NCBI RefSeq assembly: GCF_000315625.1
Contig: NW_005434662.1
Location: forward strand, 8,026 to 72,025
DNA from: Guillardia theta CCMP2712
Taxonomy: Eukaryota; Protista; Cryptophyta
Reading direction: 5' to 3'
DNA length: 64,000 bases
Position 1 is the stretch's first letter. Every line of letters begins with the position of its first letter. Of this stretch, positions 10,197-22,386 are shown piece after piece. A program made the translations under genes and the position numbers. A model generated the notes under the pieces. The model worked only from the letters and a program-made list of their open reading frames with translations. It ran no database searches and had not been told where the DNA came from.

Positions 10197-13100
10197 ATGC
10201 AAGGAGGTCAGTCTTGATAGTTTCTGTGAGAAATTGCTGGTTGTGACATTTGCAACAGGGTCAGAGCAAGCACGTAAGACGAACAGCCCAATTACGGTCA
10301 TTCTTTGATGCATTTGTACCAGCGCGGAAGAGGAAGCGGAAGAGTGGTTGGGATGTTTCCAGTGAAGGTGTTTTCATCAACCTTGATTGAGCACTGAAGT
10401 CAGATAGATGCGGCTTCTAACAAGACTGCAGGGAACCTCGAGGACGGTCTCACTCCCAAACAAATTGAGGCCATACGAGCGGCAAAGGCGGTGCATGCGG
10501 CGAAGACGGCAATGGCGATGGCGAAAGGTGACTGACTAGGACCCCACAATCTCATGCTGACTTGCGTTGACAGTCAGCGTCCCAGTGGTTAACCCGCTGC
10601 TAGGTTTGACAGTGATTGCGCAACTGGCGCTGGTAACGATAGCAGGCATGGTGAAGCCGCCGCAGCGAAATCGGCTGTATGTGGGGAGCTTGCACTTCGA
10701 CCTCAAGGAAGCCGATGTCCGCGCCATCTTCCAGCCGTTTGGGCCCATCAAGACGATGTGACCGAATCTGAGACTTCACCGTCTGTCCGTGATATGCTGC
10801 AGAGAAATGTCGTATGAGCCAACCACCGGGAAGTCCAAGGGATATGCTTTCATAGAGTACATGAATGATGCTCAAGCCGACGCGTGTGAGAAGGCGATGG
10901 ATGGCTTCATGATTGCTGGCAGGTATGTTCTGCGAGGCGATGCCTGCGATGTTTTTTCTTTCCGAATATCAAAGATGTATTTGTGCTCTTGAATTTCACT
11001 GTTCTCAAAATTAATCAAATTACGTTTTTTTTCTCTGTTTTTTCTTCTCTTTTTTACTCTCTCTTGTTCTTTTTCTTTATGTTCTTTCCCCCCACTCCTT
11101 CCCCCTTGTTCTTCTCTCCCTGCGTGACTTTCTTATTCTTTCTCCCTCTCCCCCCCCCCCCCCCTTCTCTCTCTCCTCTTCTTTTCTCCCTCCCTCTCCC
11201 TTCTCTCGCTTTCAATCAATCTTTTGCTCTCTCTCTCTCTCTATCTCATTCTCTATCTCTATCTCGATCTCTATCTCTCCTCCCTTCCTCTCCCTCTCCT
11301 CCCTTCCTCTCCCTCTCCTCCCTTCCTCTCCCTTTCCCTCCCTCCCTCTTCTCTCTATCTCTATCTCGTTCTCTCCCTCTCTCCCTCCCTCCCTGACTCG
11401 CTGACTCCATCCCTCCCTCCCTCCCTCTTTCTCTTTTTCTTTCTTTTTCTGTGTCCTGCAACCCCTCAAACGCTTACAACTTTTGTCGTAAGTCAAGCTG
11501 TTTTTCTGTTGTTTTATCATCAATCATCTCGGTTTCAGCTTGCGTAGCTCGAAGAACTTGTTTTGTTAACTCTTTGAGTATGAGTGTGAGAGCTTGGAAA
11601 TTCTCCATGGTTGGCGAATTTACTGGCATCTCTATTGAGGAGCTTTTTAGACCCATCAAAGTCGGCAGACCGCACAATACAGTCTCCGCCAACGCACCTG
11701 TGGTAAGATGGATACGCTCTCTGTACGGCTGATGTAGCATCGAAGACTATTCTTCCTCCTCAACTTCTCGTCAGTCGACCTCCAGCCATGGCCCCCCTCG
11801 CTGCCGCAGGTTCTTATTCTTTCCGACCTCAACCCTCGGCCCTGTCATCCACTTCCAAGAGCTCATTGCACTGCATTCGCCCAGGCCTAGGAGTTCCCGG
11901 GCTGCTTCCCGGCATGGCTGGTTGAACTCTCTTTTTCCTATCCTCAGCGCAAGACAAACATTTCACCCTGGCAGGCATTCCTGGGCTTGCTGGCCAGCAC
12001 TTGCTTCAGGTAGAAGCCCACTCAGTCGCTCCTTGAGTCTCACGTCTGTGCAGCAACGAGCTGCCTCCCTGCTTGCCGCACAGGCAAGATTGATTGAGAT
12101 GTCGAGAGAATGATTGAGATGTCAAGCTGAAGTAAGATCGTTCTTGCAGCAAGCGGCACTTGCAGCGCAGAAAGCGCAAGCCCAGCCGCTGAATGTCAGT
12201 TGCTTCCCTGTTACTCTCCTTCATCACTCCCATCCAGACACCAGTCGCGGGCCCTCCAGCTCGAATTTACATTGGCTCCGTCCTCTTCGACGTGAAGGAG
12301 TCAGAGGTCAAGCAGATCTTTCAAGTGCGTCGCAGCCTCTTCGCTTGTCCCTCGTCGTGCACGAGGTAGTGCACGAGTGACAAGCGCTCGCAGGTTTTCG
12401 GGAGCATCAAGCAGATCTCGATGATTCCGAACCCTGAGAACGGGAAGCACAAGGTGACCTCGAGCCCTCTGCTTGCTCCGGCTGCTTATGCTCTCGCCGA
12501 TCTCAGGGCTACGGATTCATCGAGTATGAGAAGCATGACGACGCCGTGCAGGCCATCCAGGTGACGGACTGACCTGGAGGCAGCCGTGTTAAAGCTGAGC
12601 AGGCTATGAACGGCTTCCAGCTGGCCGGCAGGCCACTAAAGGTTGGAAGAGAAGAGTGATCTGATTTCTGGTGAGGTGAGAGGGTAGGTGGGGTGGGCGA
12701 GCTCTGCCATGCCCGACTCGGCACAAACTTCATCGGTGCGGGGGATGGGAGAAAGTGATTGTGGCTGATGTTGCGGCAGGAGGATAAGACCAGCAACCCG
12801 ATCATTGTAGCAGCAGCGAATGCCATCGCAGATAAGGTGAGGCTGCGGGCTAGTGACGGTGAGCTGACAACCTGCTGCGCAGGTCACAACAAGCCTTGTG
12901 ACAAGCTCGTCAAACGACATCACAACAGTAGAGGACGAAGAGAACTTGAGTGTATCAAGCGTCCTGCAGGTACCTTGCGCTTTGAGAAATCTGTTGCGCA
13001 TCAAGATGTTGGCGATGCTGTGACAGCGTGGATGACAACTCTTTTCAGCGCAAAGAGATCATGTGCAAGCTAGCAAATCGACCTTCTCGGGTGAGCGATC

Positions 13101-13591
13101 TCTTCTTCAGGTCTGCCTGTGATGTGGCACAAGGTTGTCCTGCTGAAGAACATGGTGGAGCCCGAGGACGTCGACCCGCTGGTGACGCGTGACAACTTTC
13201 GCCTCCTGTGTGTGACCGTCAAACAGCTGGAGCAGGAGATTGCAGAAGAATGCTCCAAGTTCGGAAAAGTGAGCTCAAGCCACCCTCTTGCCTTTGTCCT
13301 CCCTCACTCCCACTCTGACACTTCCTACCTTTCCTTCCATGTTGACCGTTTGCAGGTCAACAAGGTTCTCATCGTCACCATGGTGGAGCAAGGATCTCGT
13401 CTGGTCAAAGTGTTTGTAGAGTTTGGGGATCAGGAAGCGGCCACCAAGGCTGTAGCGCGACTCGACAAGCGATGGTTCGGAGGAAAGGTCGGTGCTCTTG
13501 CAGAGAAAGCAAACAGTTGACTTTCTCGCAGATTGTAAATGCGAGTACATATGAGGAGGAAAGGTTCGTTCGACAAGACTTGTCGGGTTGA
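10197..13591 (+). CDS. PUF60: Poly(U)-binding splicing factor PUF60-like (RRM1-RRM2-UHM), many short introns
   Basis: RRM1 RLYVGSLHFDLKEADVRAIFQPFGPIK..KSKGYAFIEY..GRPIKVGRPHN. RRM2 RIYIGSV..KHKGYGFIEYE..MNGFQLAGRPLKVG. UHM VVLLKNMVEPEDVD..EECSKFGKV..VKVFVEF..LDKRWFGGKIV. Stop TGA at 13589-13591. Confidence 0.88.
11030..11450. repeat. CT-rich simple-sequence tract inside PUF60 intron 10923-11650
   Basis: Polypyrimidine (CTCC/CTCT/CTAT) low-complexity sequence between the GT at 10923 and the AG at 11650. Confidence 0.85.
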
Positions 13592-13779
13592 GATGATAGG
13601 AAAGTTTCTTCAAAGTTGATGAATGTAAAGACGTTAACGATTCACCTACACACAAGCTCGGCAACATCATGAATAATACTCTGTGCGTGGTTGGATCAGC
13701 ATTCATCATTCTGAATATGCATGGATGAGTTTCAACAAAAGCATCAGGAGGGCTGGAAGAGTAAAGTTAGCGCCCGAGG

Positions 13780-15001
13780 TCAACTTCAAGCACAAGAACC
13801 TGAGAGAAGCAACCCCGGCCTACTTCCCTCAGCTGAGTTCAAGACGATGGAGAACGTGCTGCAAGCAAAGATGAAAGTTTGGTAGGTGAGAGGTCCAGGC
13901 GCACCTGAAGGATTGTGTAGTCTGGTTGACTCCGCACGAGAAGGCATATGGCGCTCCTCCTACACGAAGGTTGTCAGGCTCACTAGCTCTAACGCTCCTT
14001 CGCCATGCCCTACCCAGTCGAAGCTTGCAATAGTCCAGCTGGACACCTGATGAGAGCTCAGATAAGGATCGCAGCTATTGCTCGGAACCTCGAGATCCAT
14101 AGCGGTTGGCAGCGATGCTGTAGGAGAAAAGCGAATTCAGCCTAGGAGCAAGGGGATCAAGTGAGCAGAGAGGTAGAAAGAACCTGATCCCTGCAGAGAA
14201 ATACGCTGCATCATCCCTAGTACGTTGGTGACTTCTTCTCCTCGCAACTTGCACGTGTCACCTTGCCAGCTCCACTGTTGGTCCGTAAAGAGTCTGGATG
14301 GCTAGATCCAGGCTGCACGGCATGTCGTCCATGTACGATCCCCAGCACGGTCGTGCTCGAATGTTTGCAATTTTTGCTCTGCACTCTCCTCAATCGTAAA
14401 CACGATTCAGAGCATCTAAGAACCTCGTCAACACGCCTGGGCATCGTGCTGTCGCTACTTCCACCGTAGCATTGACCGGCATGTAGCACTCCCACGATGT
14501 AATACTGCTGCGAAATGAGCGATCGAATGTTGCACTGCATGTGCTGCAGTTCCATCACCCGACTCCTTGTCCTGCTGTATCGTTTGTGCTTCCAACATTG
14601 GATATCAAGATCGGTCTGCAGAAGTCAATGTCGAAGCTGCAGCCGTCAGGAACCTGAATGTGTCGCAATCAAGATTAGCCAAGCCATCACAGCAAGAAGC
14701 TGTACATCCAAGAGATAGATGAAGAAATACTTGGAAGCTTTTTGAGAACAAGCGGCTTCCAGAGGCCATACTGTCCGAGTCGCGGCATAGCATGAATGCA
14801 GCAATAAAAAGGTTATACAAAGCATGATGTCGACAGCAACAGCCCTCTCCGCCGGTAGACGAAATGGAAGAAGCACCATGCTGTCGAATACAGTCGCCGC
14901 TCTTGGAGACTAAGAGATTCAGAGACCGTAAGAGATAGGGAGATATGCCAGCATCGCCTGTAAAACTGATGGTGAGGCTCGAAACTGATGAGCGACATCA
15001 A
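13780..15001 (-). CDS. Hypothetical multi-exon protein (boundaries approximate)
   Basis: Several exon-like segments flanked by AG/GT on the minus strand (e.g. AKIANIRARPCWGSYMDDMPCSLDLAIQTLYGPTVELAR|gt). No recognisable domain. Confidence 0.4.
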
Positions 15002-15049
15002 TGTTCATCATCATTGACAGTCAGGAATCAGTTAGAGTCAGTTCTCAAG

Positions 15050-15530
15050 TCACTGAGTGAATCCGAGCGGCCTGACTCGCTTGAGGACCCTTGAAGTTTG
15101 TCGGCCCTGCAACGGTCGCCACCCTTCACTAAGCTTCAGCGGGGGGCGCTCACAGGCTTGGCAGGCAGGCAGCACTAGCCGCTGAGCCGCTGAGGACCAC
15201 TCCCCGGACTTCCGAGCAAGGCTCAGCGGCGGCTTGAAACCGTTACTTTCCCTTCCTGGACTCACTCGAGCGTCAGGGCAAGTCACTCCAGACGTTCTGC
15301 CTGTCTGATCGCACTGTCTCAGTGAAGTACTGATTGTCCTCGTACTACAAACAAGCCTGACGGTCGCGGCTTGACAAGCTCTTCTCTCACAAGCAGTGAA
15401 GGCTGCGATTGAAATATCCTTTACTCAAACTGAGTTAAGTTAAAACTCAGTACGGAAATCTGTTGATCCGGATGAGATCGGCAGAACTTCAGTAGTCATC
15501 AGAGCCGGGTCGGGCGACCGGGCCCCGGCG
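15050..15530. promoter_or_regulatory. GC-rich island with two element fragments (15330-15346 forward, 15419-15454 reverse)
   Basis: Exact 17-mer CTGATTGTCCTCGTACT, plus reverse CTTTACTCAAA[ctga]GTTAAGTTAAAA[c]TCAGTACG. GTCACTGAGTGA at ~15049. Confidence 0.55.
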
Positions 15531-15586
15531 AGATTCTTTTTAGCAAAATTTATCAGAGTCGCCTGTACTACGTTACGTTGACCTCG

Positions 15587-15703
15587 CTACTACTACTGCT
15601 ACTACTACTGCTACTACTACTGCTACTGCTGCTACTGATGCTACTGCTGCTACTGATACTACTGATACTACTCCTGGTACATATATATATATATTACTAC
15701 TAC
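15587..15703. repeat. (TAC/TGC)n trinucleotide plus (TA)n microsatellite
   Basis: Direct observation. Confidence 0.9.
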
Positions 15704-16410
15704 ACCTTGTCCTGGAGACTACTACCTCTACTGCTTTGGTACTACCCTCCCCCCTCGAGCACAAATTGGGTTGGGTCAAAATGAACCCCCGACCCCGTCA
15801 TACAGATTGGGCAGTCCGCATCCCGTGTCGGAAACACGAGGGTGGAGGGGTGTAGACACCCTGGAGTCACAGCTCTCAGGTAGGGTGGGTGGATACGACA
15901 GCAGCAGAACTTCGAGAAGACTAGATTTAAAAAATGGTTTTATATCACAACAAAATTGATTCCACAAAACAGTGCAAGTTTCAAAATGAAGCGGAAATTT
16001 TACATATTTTGACTAAATTTCGGGAGATTTGGAGAAGCCTGTCTAAGCCGAGCCACGTGTGCCAATCAGCAATGGAATAAATAATCTAGACCTTCTCTCG
16101 AACTACCCCTACCCTCTAATTCAGACAAAATATTGACAATCAGATGGAACATTTTAATCACCGTCCACTCCTTCAAGAACAGAGTTGGCGTACCCAGATG
16201 AAAAGTTTTTTTTGGGAGGGTTTAGATGCCGGATTGGACGCTCTTCATACCACCGTCTTGCAGGGATCCATACTTTTTTTTAACGAAATGAAGGGCCCAT
16301 CCAATGGAGGGGGGTGGGGCATGTCAAAAGCGACCTAGATGCGGGGGTGGGGTGGGTTGGGGGGAAAGGCGGGAAAAGAAGTGTGAGGAGCTTCGGACAC
16401 AGCACGCGCC

Positions 16411-17253
16411 ATGTCCAACAAGGTACGCCACGCGTTGATAAGAGAAGGATGTAAACCCTACTGCTCCTTGTGTCTGCTTCTATGCAGGCACAGTTGTTTT
16501 GCTCGTCTGTTTTGTATTCCCTCTCTGTTTTAGCATACATTCGTAATGCTTTACTTTCCGAATATTGCCGTTGCTTGCTGTTGAGCCTTGCTGACTTGCT
16601 TGTAACAGAAAATTGATGGCCCAGCCATTGGCATTGACCTTGGAACCACCTACTCCTGCGTAGGAATTTGGCAAAATGAACGTGTGGAGATCATCGCCAA
16701 CGACCAGGGCAACAGGACTACTCCATCGTGGGTTGCCTTCACAGAGTCAGAACGCCTTATCGGAGACGCTGCCAAGAACCAGGCTGCGATGAATCCCCAC
16801 AACACCATTTTCGATGCCAAGCGTCTCATCGGTCGCAAGATGGATGATCCCTCCCTCCAGGCTGACTTGAAGCACTTTCCATTCAAGGTTGTCACCAAGG
16901 ATGGCAAGCCTCATATCCAGGCCGAATACAAGGGAGAGAATAAGACCTTCTCTCCTGAGGAAATCTCCTCTATGATTCTCACCAAGATGAAGGAGACCTC
17001 TGAGGCCTATTTGGGTAAGGAGGTCAAGCACGCTGTCATCACCGTTCCAGCCTACTTCAACGACTCCCAGCGTCAGGCCACCAAAGATGCTGGCTTGATT
17101 GCTGGTCTCAACGTTCTTCGTATCATCAACGAGCCTACTGCTGCTGCCATTGCCTACGGTCTCGAGAAGAAGGGTAGCGGAGAGCGTAACATCTTGATCT
17201 ATGATCTTGGAGGTGGTACTTTCGATGTTTCTCTTTTGACCATCGACGATGGA

Positions 17254-17288
<35 letters not shown>

Positions 17289-18552
17289 CTTGGGAGGAGA
17301 GGACTTCGACAATCGTTTGGTTCAGTTTGTTCTCCAAGAATTCAAGAGGAAGCACAAGAAGGATCCATCTGAGAACGCTCGTGCTCTTCGTCGTATCAGG
17401 ACGGCTTGTGAGCGAGCCAAGCGAACCCTGTCATCAGCGGCCAACACTACCATTGAGGTTGATTCCTGCTTCGAGGGAATTGATTTCTACACCAACATCA
17501 CTCGCGCCAAGTTTGAGGAACTTTGTTCTGACTTGTTCCGTGGAACCCTCGACCCTGTCGATCGCGTTTTGAGGGATTCCAAGATTTCTAAAGGCCAGGT
17601 CCACGAGATCGTTCTTGTCGGAGGTTCAACTCGTATTCCCAAGGTCCAGTCTCTCCTTCAGGACTTCTTCAATGGCAAGGAGTTGAACAAGAGCATCAAT
17701 CCAGATGAGGCCGTTGCCTACGGAGCTGCTGTTCAGGCTGCCATCTTGGCTGGAGTCGACTCTGAGAAGACGCAGGATCTTCTTCTTCTTGATGTTGCTC
17801 CCTTGTCCCTCGGTATCGAGACTGCCGGAGGTGTGATGACTAAGCTCATTGAGCGCAACACCACCATTCCCTGCAAGAAGTCCCAGGTCTTCTCCACGTA
17901 TGCGGACAATCAGCCTGGTGTGCTCATCCAGGTTTATGAAGGAGAGCGTCAGATGACTAAGGACAACAATCTTCTTGGCAAGTTCCAGTTGGATGGAATT
18001 CCCCCTGCCCCTCGTGGTGTTCCACAGATCGAGGTGTCGTTCGATCTCGATGCCAACGGTATCATGAACGTTTCGGCCCAAGACAAGTCCACCGGCAAGC
18101 AGAACAAGATCACCATCACTAATGACAAGGGTCGTCTCAGCCAGGATGACATTGAGCGCATGGTCAAGGAGGCTGAGCGCTTCAAGGAGGAGGACGAGAG
18201 GCAGCGCAAGAAGGTTGACGCTAAGAACTCTCTTGAGAACTACGCTTATTCTCTCAAGAACACGCTCAACGACGAGAAGGTTGCTGGCAAGCTCGACGAA
18301 TCAGACAAGTCTTCGCTCACCAGCAAAATTGACGAGACCATCTCTTGGTTGGAGAGCAATGCCAATGCTGAAGTTGAAGAGTTCGAGGCAAAGCAGAAGG
18401 CTCTGGAGGGTGTCGCCATGCCCATCATGACCAAGCTCTACCAGGGTGGAGGAATGCCTGATATGGGCGGCGGCATGCCTGACATGAGTGGTGGTGCTCC
18501 TCCTTCTGGTGCTGGTGGCGCTGGCGGACCTCACATCGAGGAGGTCGACTAA
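16411..18552 (+). CDS. HSP70: Cytosolic heat shock protein 70 (exon 1 16411-16422, intron 16423-16608, exon 2 16609-18552)
   Basis: MSNK|[19 protein letters not shown]...[48 protein letters not shown] and C-terminal GPHIEEVD. Canonical GT..GCTGAC..AG intron. Confidence 0.98.
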
Positions 18553-18578
18553 GTCGTACAACATCTTCAACTCCTGTA

Positions 18579-20335
18579 CTAGTAATAAATGATTTCGATA
18601 TCATTCATATGCAGTGGTTTGTCTTGATTGGTGCACACATTTCGGTTATTTCTTGATATCACTTCTTTCCCAAGAAAAGTGCCATGTTGGCAACCATGGC
18701 GGGTGGCCATCGGCGCACAGTGGACAGCCAATCAAGGTCTCTGCAGACTAGTCACAGAAAAGTCTACCTGGAGATAAGGGATTGCCTGTAGAGACTGCAT
18801 CCTGTCTGGATCTTGTTGCATGCGAATTCCCACTGGATTCAAATCAGAACCTCCCCTTCTAGGTTGCTTTCACCTCCGACTCAGCAGTCTCGCGATCCCC
18901 CGCACTCCATGCGATGGCGGCAAGAGCAACGTGCATGTCCGTGTAACCTGACAACTTATGACCATTTACAGCACATTCCATCAAACAGTGTTACCGGGAT
19001 TTCTCCGGATGATGTCCGACATCATCTGTTAGAGGCATCAGTACTAGTTGGTAGCGTAATCGCTTTTTTTTTACCTTGGTAGCTTCTTTCGTCTGTCCGA
19101 CCTGTAGGTGGTGCAATGGGTCAGCAGTGAACATGGTCAACCTCAAATCATCTGCCTGGTAGAGAGCGAGCGCATAATTCGCTCTCACGTCCAGTGCTCG
19201 AGCTTCATCTCTGAGCTGCGAATGCCAGGCGGTCAGTATGAGGAAGGAGGACGGCGAGAGATGTCATCGAACTACCGCGACAAACAATCGGTCGGAAGCT
19301 TCGTAGTCCACCAGTGCCTCATCTTGCAATGTTTAGACCCCACCGAGCTCAGGTTCAGCTCTCACTATATTTCCCCAGCTTGGCAAGAGCGTTCGCGCGA
19401 AAGGTGAGGACGTAAGGATTAACGCCTGTGAAGGATCATGCAGGAAAGAGGTCCTCCACTCGACCTTGCTCTCGACCTCCTCCCCACAGTTGGATGGCGC
19501 GAGAGTAATCTGAGGTGAGATGAGACAAGGAGATTCGCATCACACAACACGACCTTGGATTGCATCTTCCCAGTTGCCCAACCCTTCACTACACAATCCT
19601 CGCTGTCTCCTTGTCTCAATGCACATGCCTCATCTTGCATGCCTCACCTGAACGAAGGTGTCTGGGTACTCCATGTATATAGCCTTTCCATTCTTCTCCT
19701 GTAGCCACCATGAGCATATCTCTCTTTAGCTTCAGTTCAACATTCCTTTTGCCCTTCCTCCATGATCGCTAGGACTGTGTCGTAATCCTGCATCGGCGGC
19801 CTTGAGCAGGTACACAAGATTTTTCTAGTTCACCTGCTTGGCCTCTGAGAACCGTTTCAGATCCACCCGAGCATTTGCTCGAAACTGGAAACAGCATCAT
19901 GAACATTGAGCGGGAGTGAGTGTGAGACACCTTGAAGAGCTCTGCCAACTCATCACGAGGACGCTTCATGCGTTGCCAGCGCTCGATCGCTGAGGAGAAC
20001 AAACTCTCGGCTTCAGGCAGTCTCTTCCCATCGAACGCTCTGATGCCTCGCTGCACTATCTCTATGTCTTCATCTTGCGGCTTGTCCCACTTGACCTCCG
20101 CTGTCGCTGCACGGACGGGCAGCGACGCGGCTACGCAGATACCGACAAAAGCACGACGAGACCATTGAAGGGTCGCTTTGTCCCGAGCAGTGCAGGAGAG
20201 GGCCTGCAAGGGTCGGGAGGGAAGGCTCTTGAGCAGCCACAGAGGAGAGAGAGGAGACAGGAGGGGGGCTCGCAGAACGAAGGAGTCAACCGAGGACAGA
20301 AGCAGCACGATCCCCAAGACGCTTCTTTCCGCCAT
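18579..20335 (-). CDS. Plastid thylakoid-lumen TPR protein, multi-exon
   Basis: Signal peptide MAERSVLGIVLLLSSVDS|F, then a transit peptide, then a twin-Arg domain SRRAFVG..PVRA. TPR helices, with MRANYALALYQA and C-terminal DLDWLSTVRRWPPAMV typical of a cyanobacterial/plastid TPR family. The 3' end is approximate. Confidence 0.72.
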
Positions 20336-20379
20336 GATAAGCCCTTTAAAACTCCCAGATGTATCGCTCATACTTCCAT

Positions 20380-20744
20380 AGTACGGCGGCCCGGCCCGCC
20401 GAACGGTCCGGTCACGGGAGTCCGGCAGACCCGGCCGCCGGCCGCCGGGGCCCGCGTCACCGTGGCACGCCCGGCTGACGGCGTGCGGGAGTCGGCCGTC
20501 ACGGCCCGGCGTGACCCGGCCCAACTAAAAGTTGAGCGACGGGTGACCCCGTACCCGGAACAGTCACGGCGGATCATGGCGAGTCAGGGCTGCGGCCACC
20601 GGGTGCCCGGCGGCCAGCCTGGCAGGCCGCGCCGGGGCCCTCCGACTGCGGCAGCACTGGCCGGGGCCGCCGAGTGCCACGGTGTCTGGAGTCCCGGCCC
20701 GGGAGAAGCCAGGGCGGGCCGCCCGGCGCGGCAGCAGGCCCGCC

Positions 20745-20799
<55 letters not shown>

Positions 20800-21300
20800 A
20801 TGAGCCTATGATGCCCGGCGGGCCGGGGTCGGACGGTCCGGAGCCGTCACGGCGACGGTCCGTCGGGACTGGGAGTTCCGAGTCCGATGCCATGATGATG
20901 ACCCTCACTGAAATCAGACTCAGTCTGACTCAGTGGCGCGGGGGCCGGGTCACTCCGATGATGATCATAGCCTAGTAGCGGGCGGCGTCACGGTGTGACA
21001 GTCATCTTTACTCAAAGTTAAGTTAAAGATCAGTACGAGGACAATCAGGAGAGTCGAGGAGGCTTGACCCTGACACTGTCGCACAGGCCAAACGGCGATC
21101 AGAAGAGAAAAGACAGCGAGAACCAAACGGGCCCAATCCGGCCAACTGCTGTCCCCCAAACTTAACTGACAGTCACTGACTCGGTGCCGGCGGCGCACTC
21201 CGCAGTGCCCGGCCACCGTTCGGTACGGTGCCCGGTGGTCAAACGGCGGGCCGGGGCCGTGACCGTGACTGCAGTAGTGCTCCCGGGCCAGCCTCAGCGA
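20380..21300. promoter_or_regulatory. GC/CpG-rich island between divergent TPR and DENN genes, includes (GCC)n at ~20746-20797
   Basis: Extreme GC content, TGACTCAGT words, and one full copy of the element. Confidence 0.5.
21005..21166 (-). mobile_element. Full-length ~160-bp element, reverse orientation, flanked by a 9-bp direct repeat
   Basis: Reverse complement of 2777-2931. TGACAGTCA lies at both 20996-21004 and 21167-21175. Mobility is inferred. Confidence 0.6.
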
Positions 21301-21494
21301 GTTTGTGCGGAGTCAGCAAACTTGACTCGTACCCGTTACAGTCTGTTTGTGTGCGATCGGAACCTCAAATAAATTTTGAAATCACCTCTGGTTATTTCAT
21401 GTTTTAAAGCAAAAAATCAAAGCCTGCTCTCAAATTTCAATTTGAGTTTGCATGGCCGGGATGCCTGTGCGTGGAGAAGGTTGAAGGAGGAAGG

Positions 21495-21760
21495 GAGGGA
21501 GGGAGAGACAGAGACAGAGACAGAGACAGAGACAGAGACAGAGACAGAGACAGAGACAGAGACTGGCAGGCAGGCAGGCACAGAGACAGAGACAGAGACT
21601 GGCAGGCAGGCAGGCAGGGGTGGGGGGGGGGGAGAGGGAGGGAGGGAGGGAGGGAGGGAGGGAGGGGAGGAGGGAAGAGAGAGAGACAGAGGCAGCCAGG
21701 CAGCCAGGCAGGGGGGGGGAGGGAGCGAGGGAGCGAGGGAGCGAGGGAGAGAGAGAGACA
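21495..21760. repeat. (GAGACA)n/(GGCA)n/(GGGA)n compound microsatellite
   Basis: Direct observation. Confidence 0.9.
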
Positions 21761-22386
21761 GGTTGGTAGATGCTGGTGAATTTGACGACATTGTGAGAGG
21801 AAGAAAAAGGCAGCATCCTTAAGATCACAGTGTTGATGTATATAGAATCATTGGCTTCTCAAGACTTTTAGTGGGAGCAAGGAAGGCAGGAGGATGTGCG
21901 AAGGCAAGGTGAACAAATCGACGATGATGTTGAGGACAGAAGCGAAAGCGATGCTGATTTGGGAAGGATGATTAAGATTAAAACAGAAGATGCTTCAGAC
22001 GATTAGAGTAATAGGGCATAAGATATAATTAGAAGACAAGCATGGCTTTGCCATGTCAGATGGGCTTGAGAAAAGCGATTGGAAGCCGGCAGAGTAGACG
22101 ATGAAGATGTGTGCACGTCTGACATGGAGGAGAGGTCATTTAGAAAGGAACAAGGCAATCAGAGCATTGGTTTTATATGGCGTTGAATGCCAACAAGACT
22201 CAGTCTGTTGAGCCTATTTGCCCTCAATTAGAGGCTCACTTTGACATCAAACAAGCAGGTCATTTCATGAACATCAAGAAAAACTCTCCAAACATCGGGC
22301 AGATCTGACATCCGTTTCATCACACTGTTCCCATGTTTTCTTAGAAGTGAGTTCTCCAAGGTTTCTCAGCAGTTTGAGCAGTCGAC

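Noticed and set aside
16080-16110. Heat-shock element upstream of HSP70
   Set aside because: No three correctly phased nGAAn units are visible.
16650-18570. Long antisense ORFs over HSP70
   Set aside because: A well-known by-product of HSP70 codon bias.
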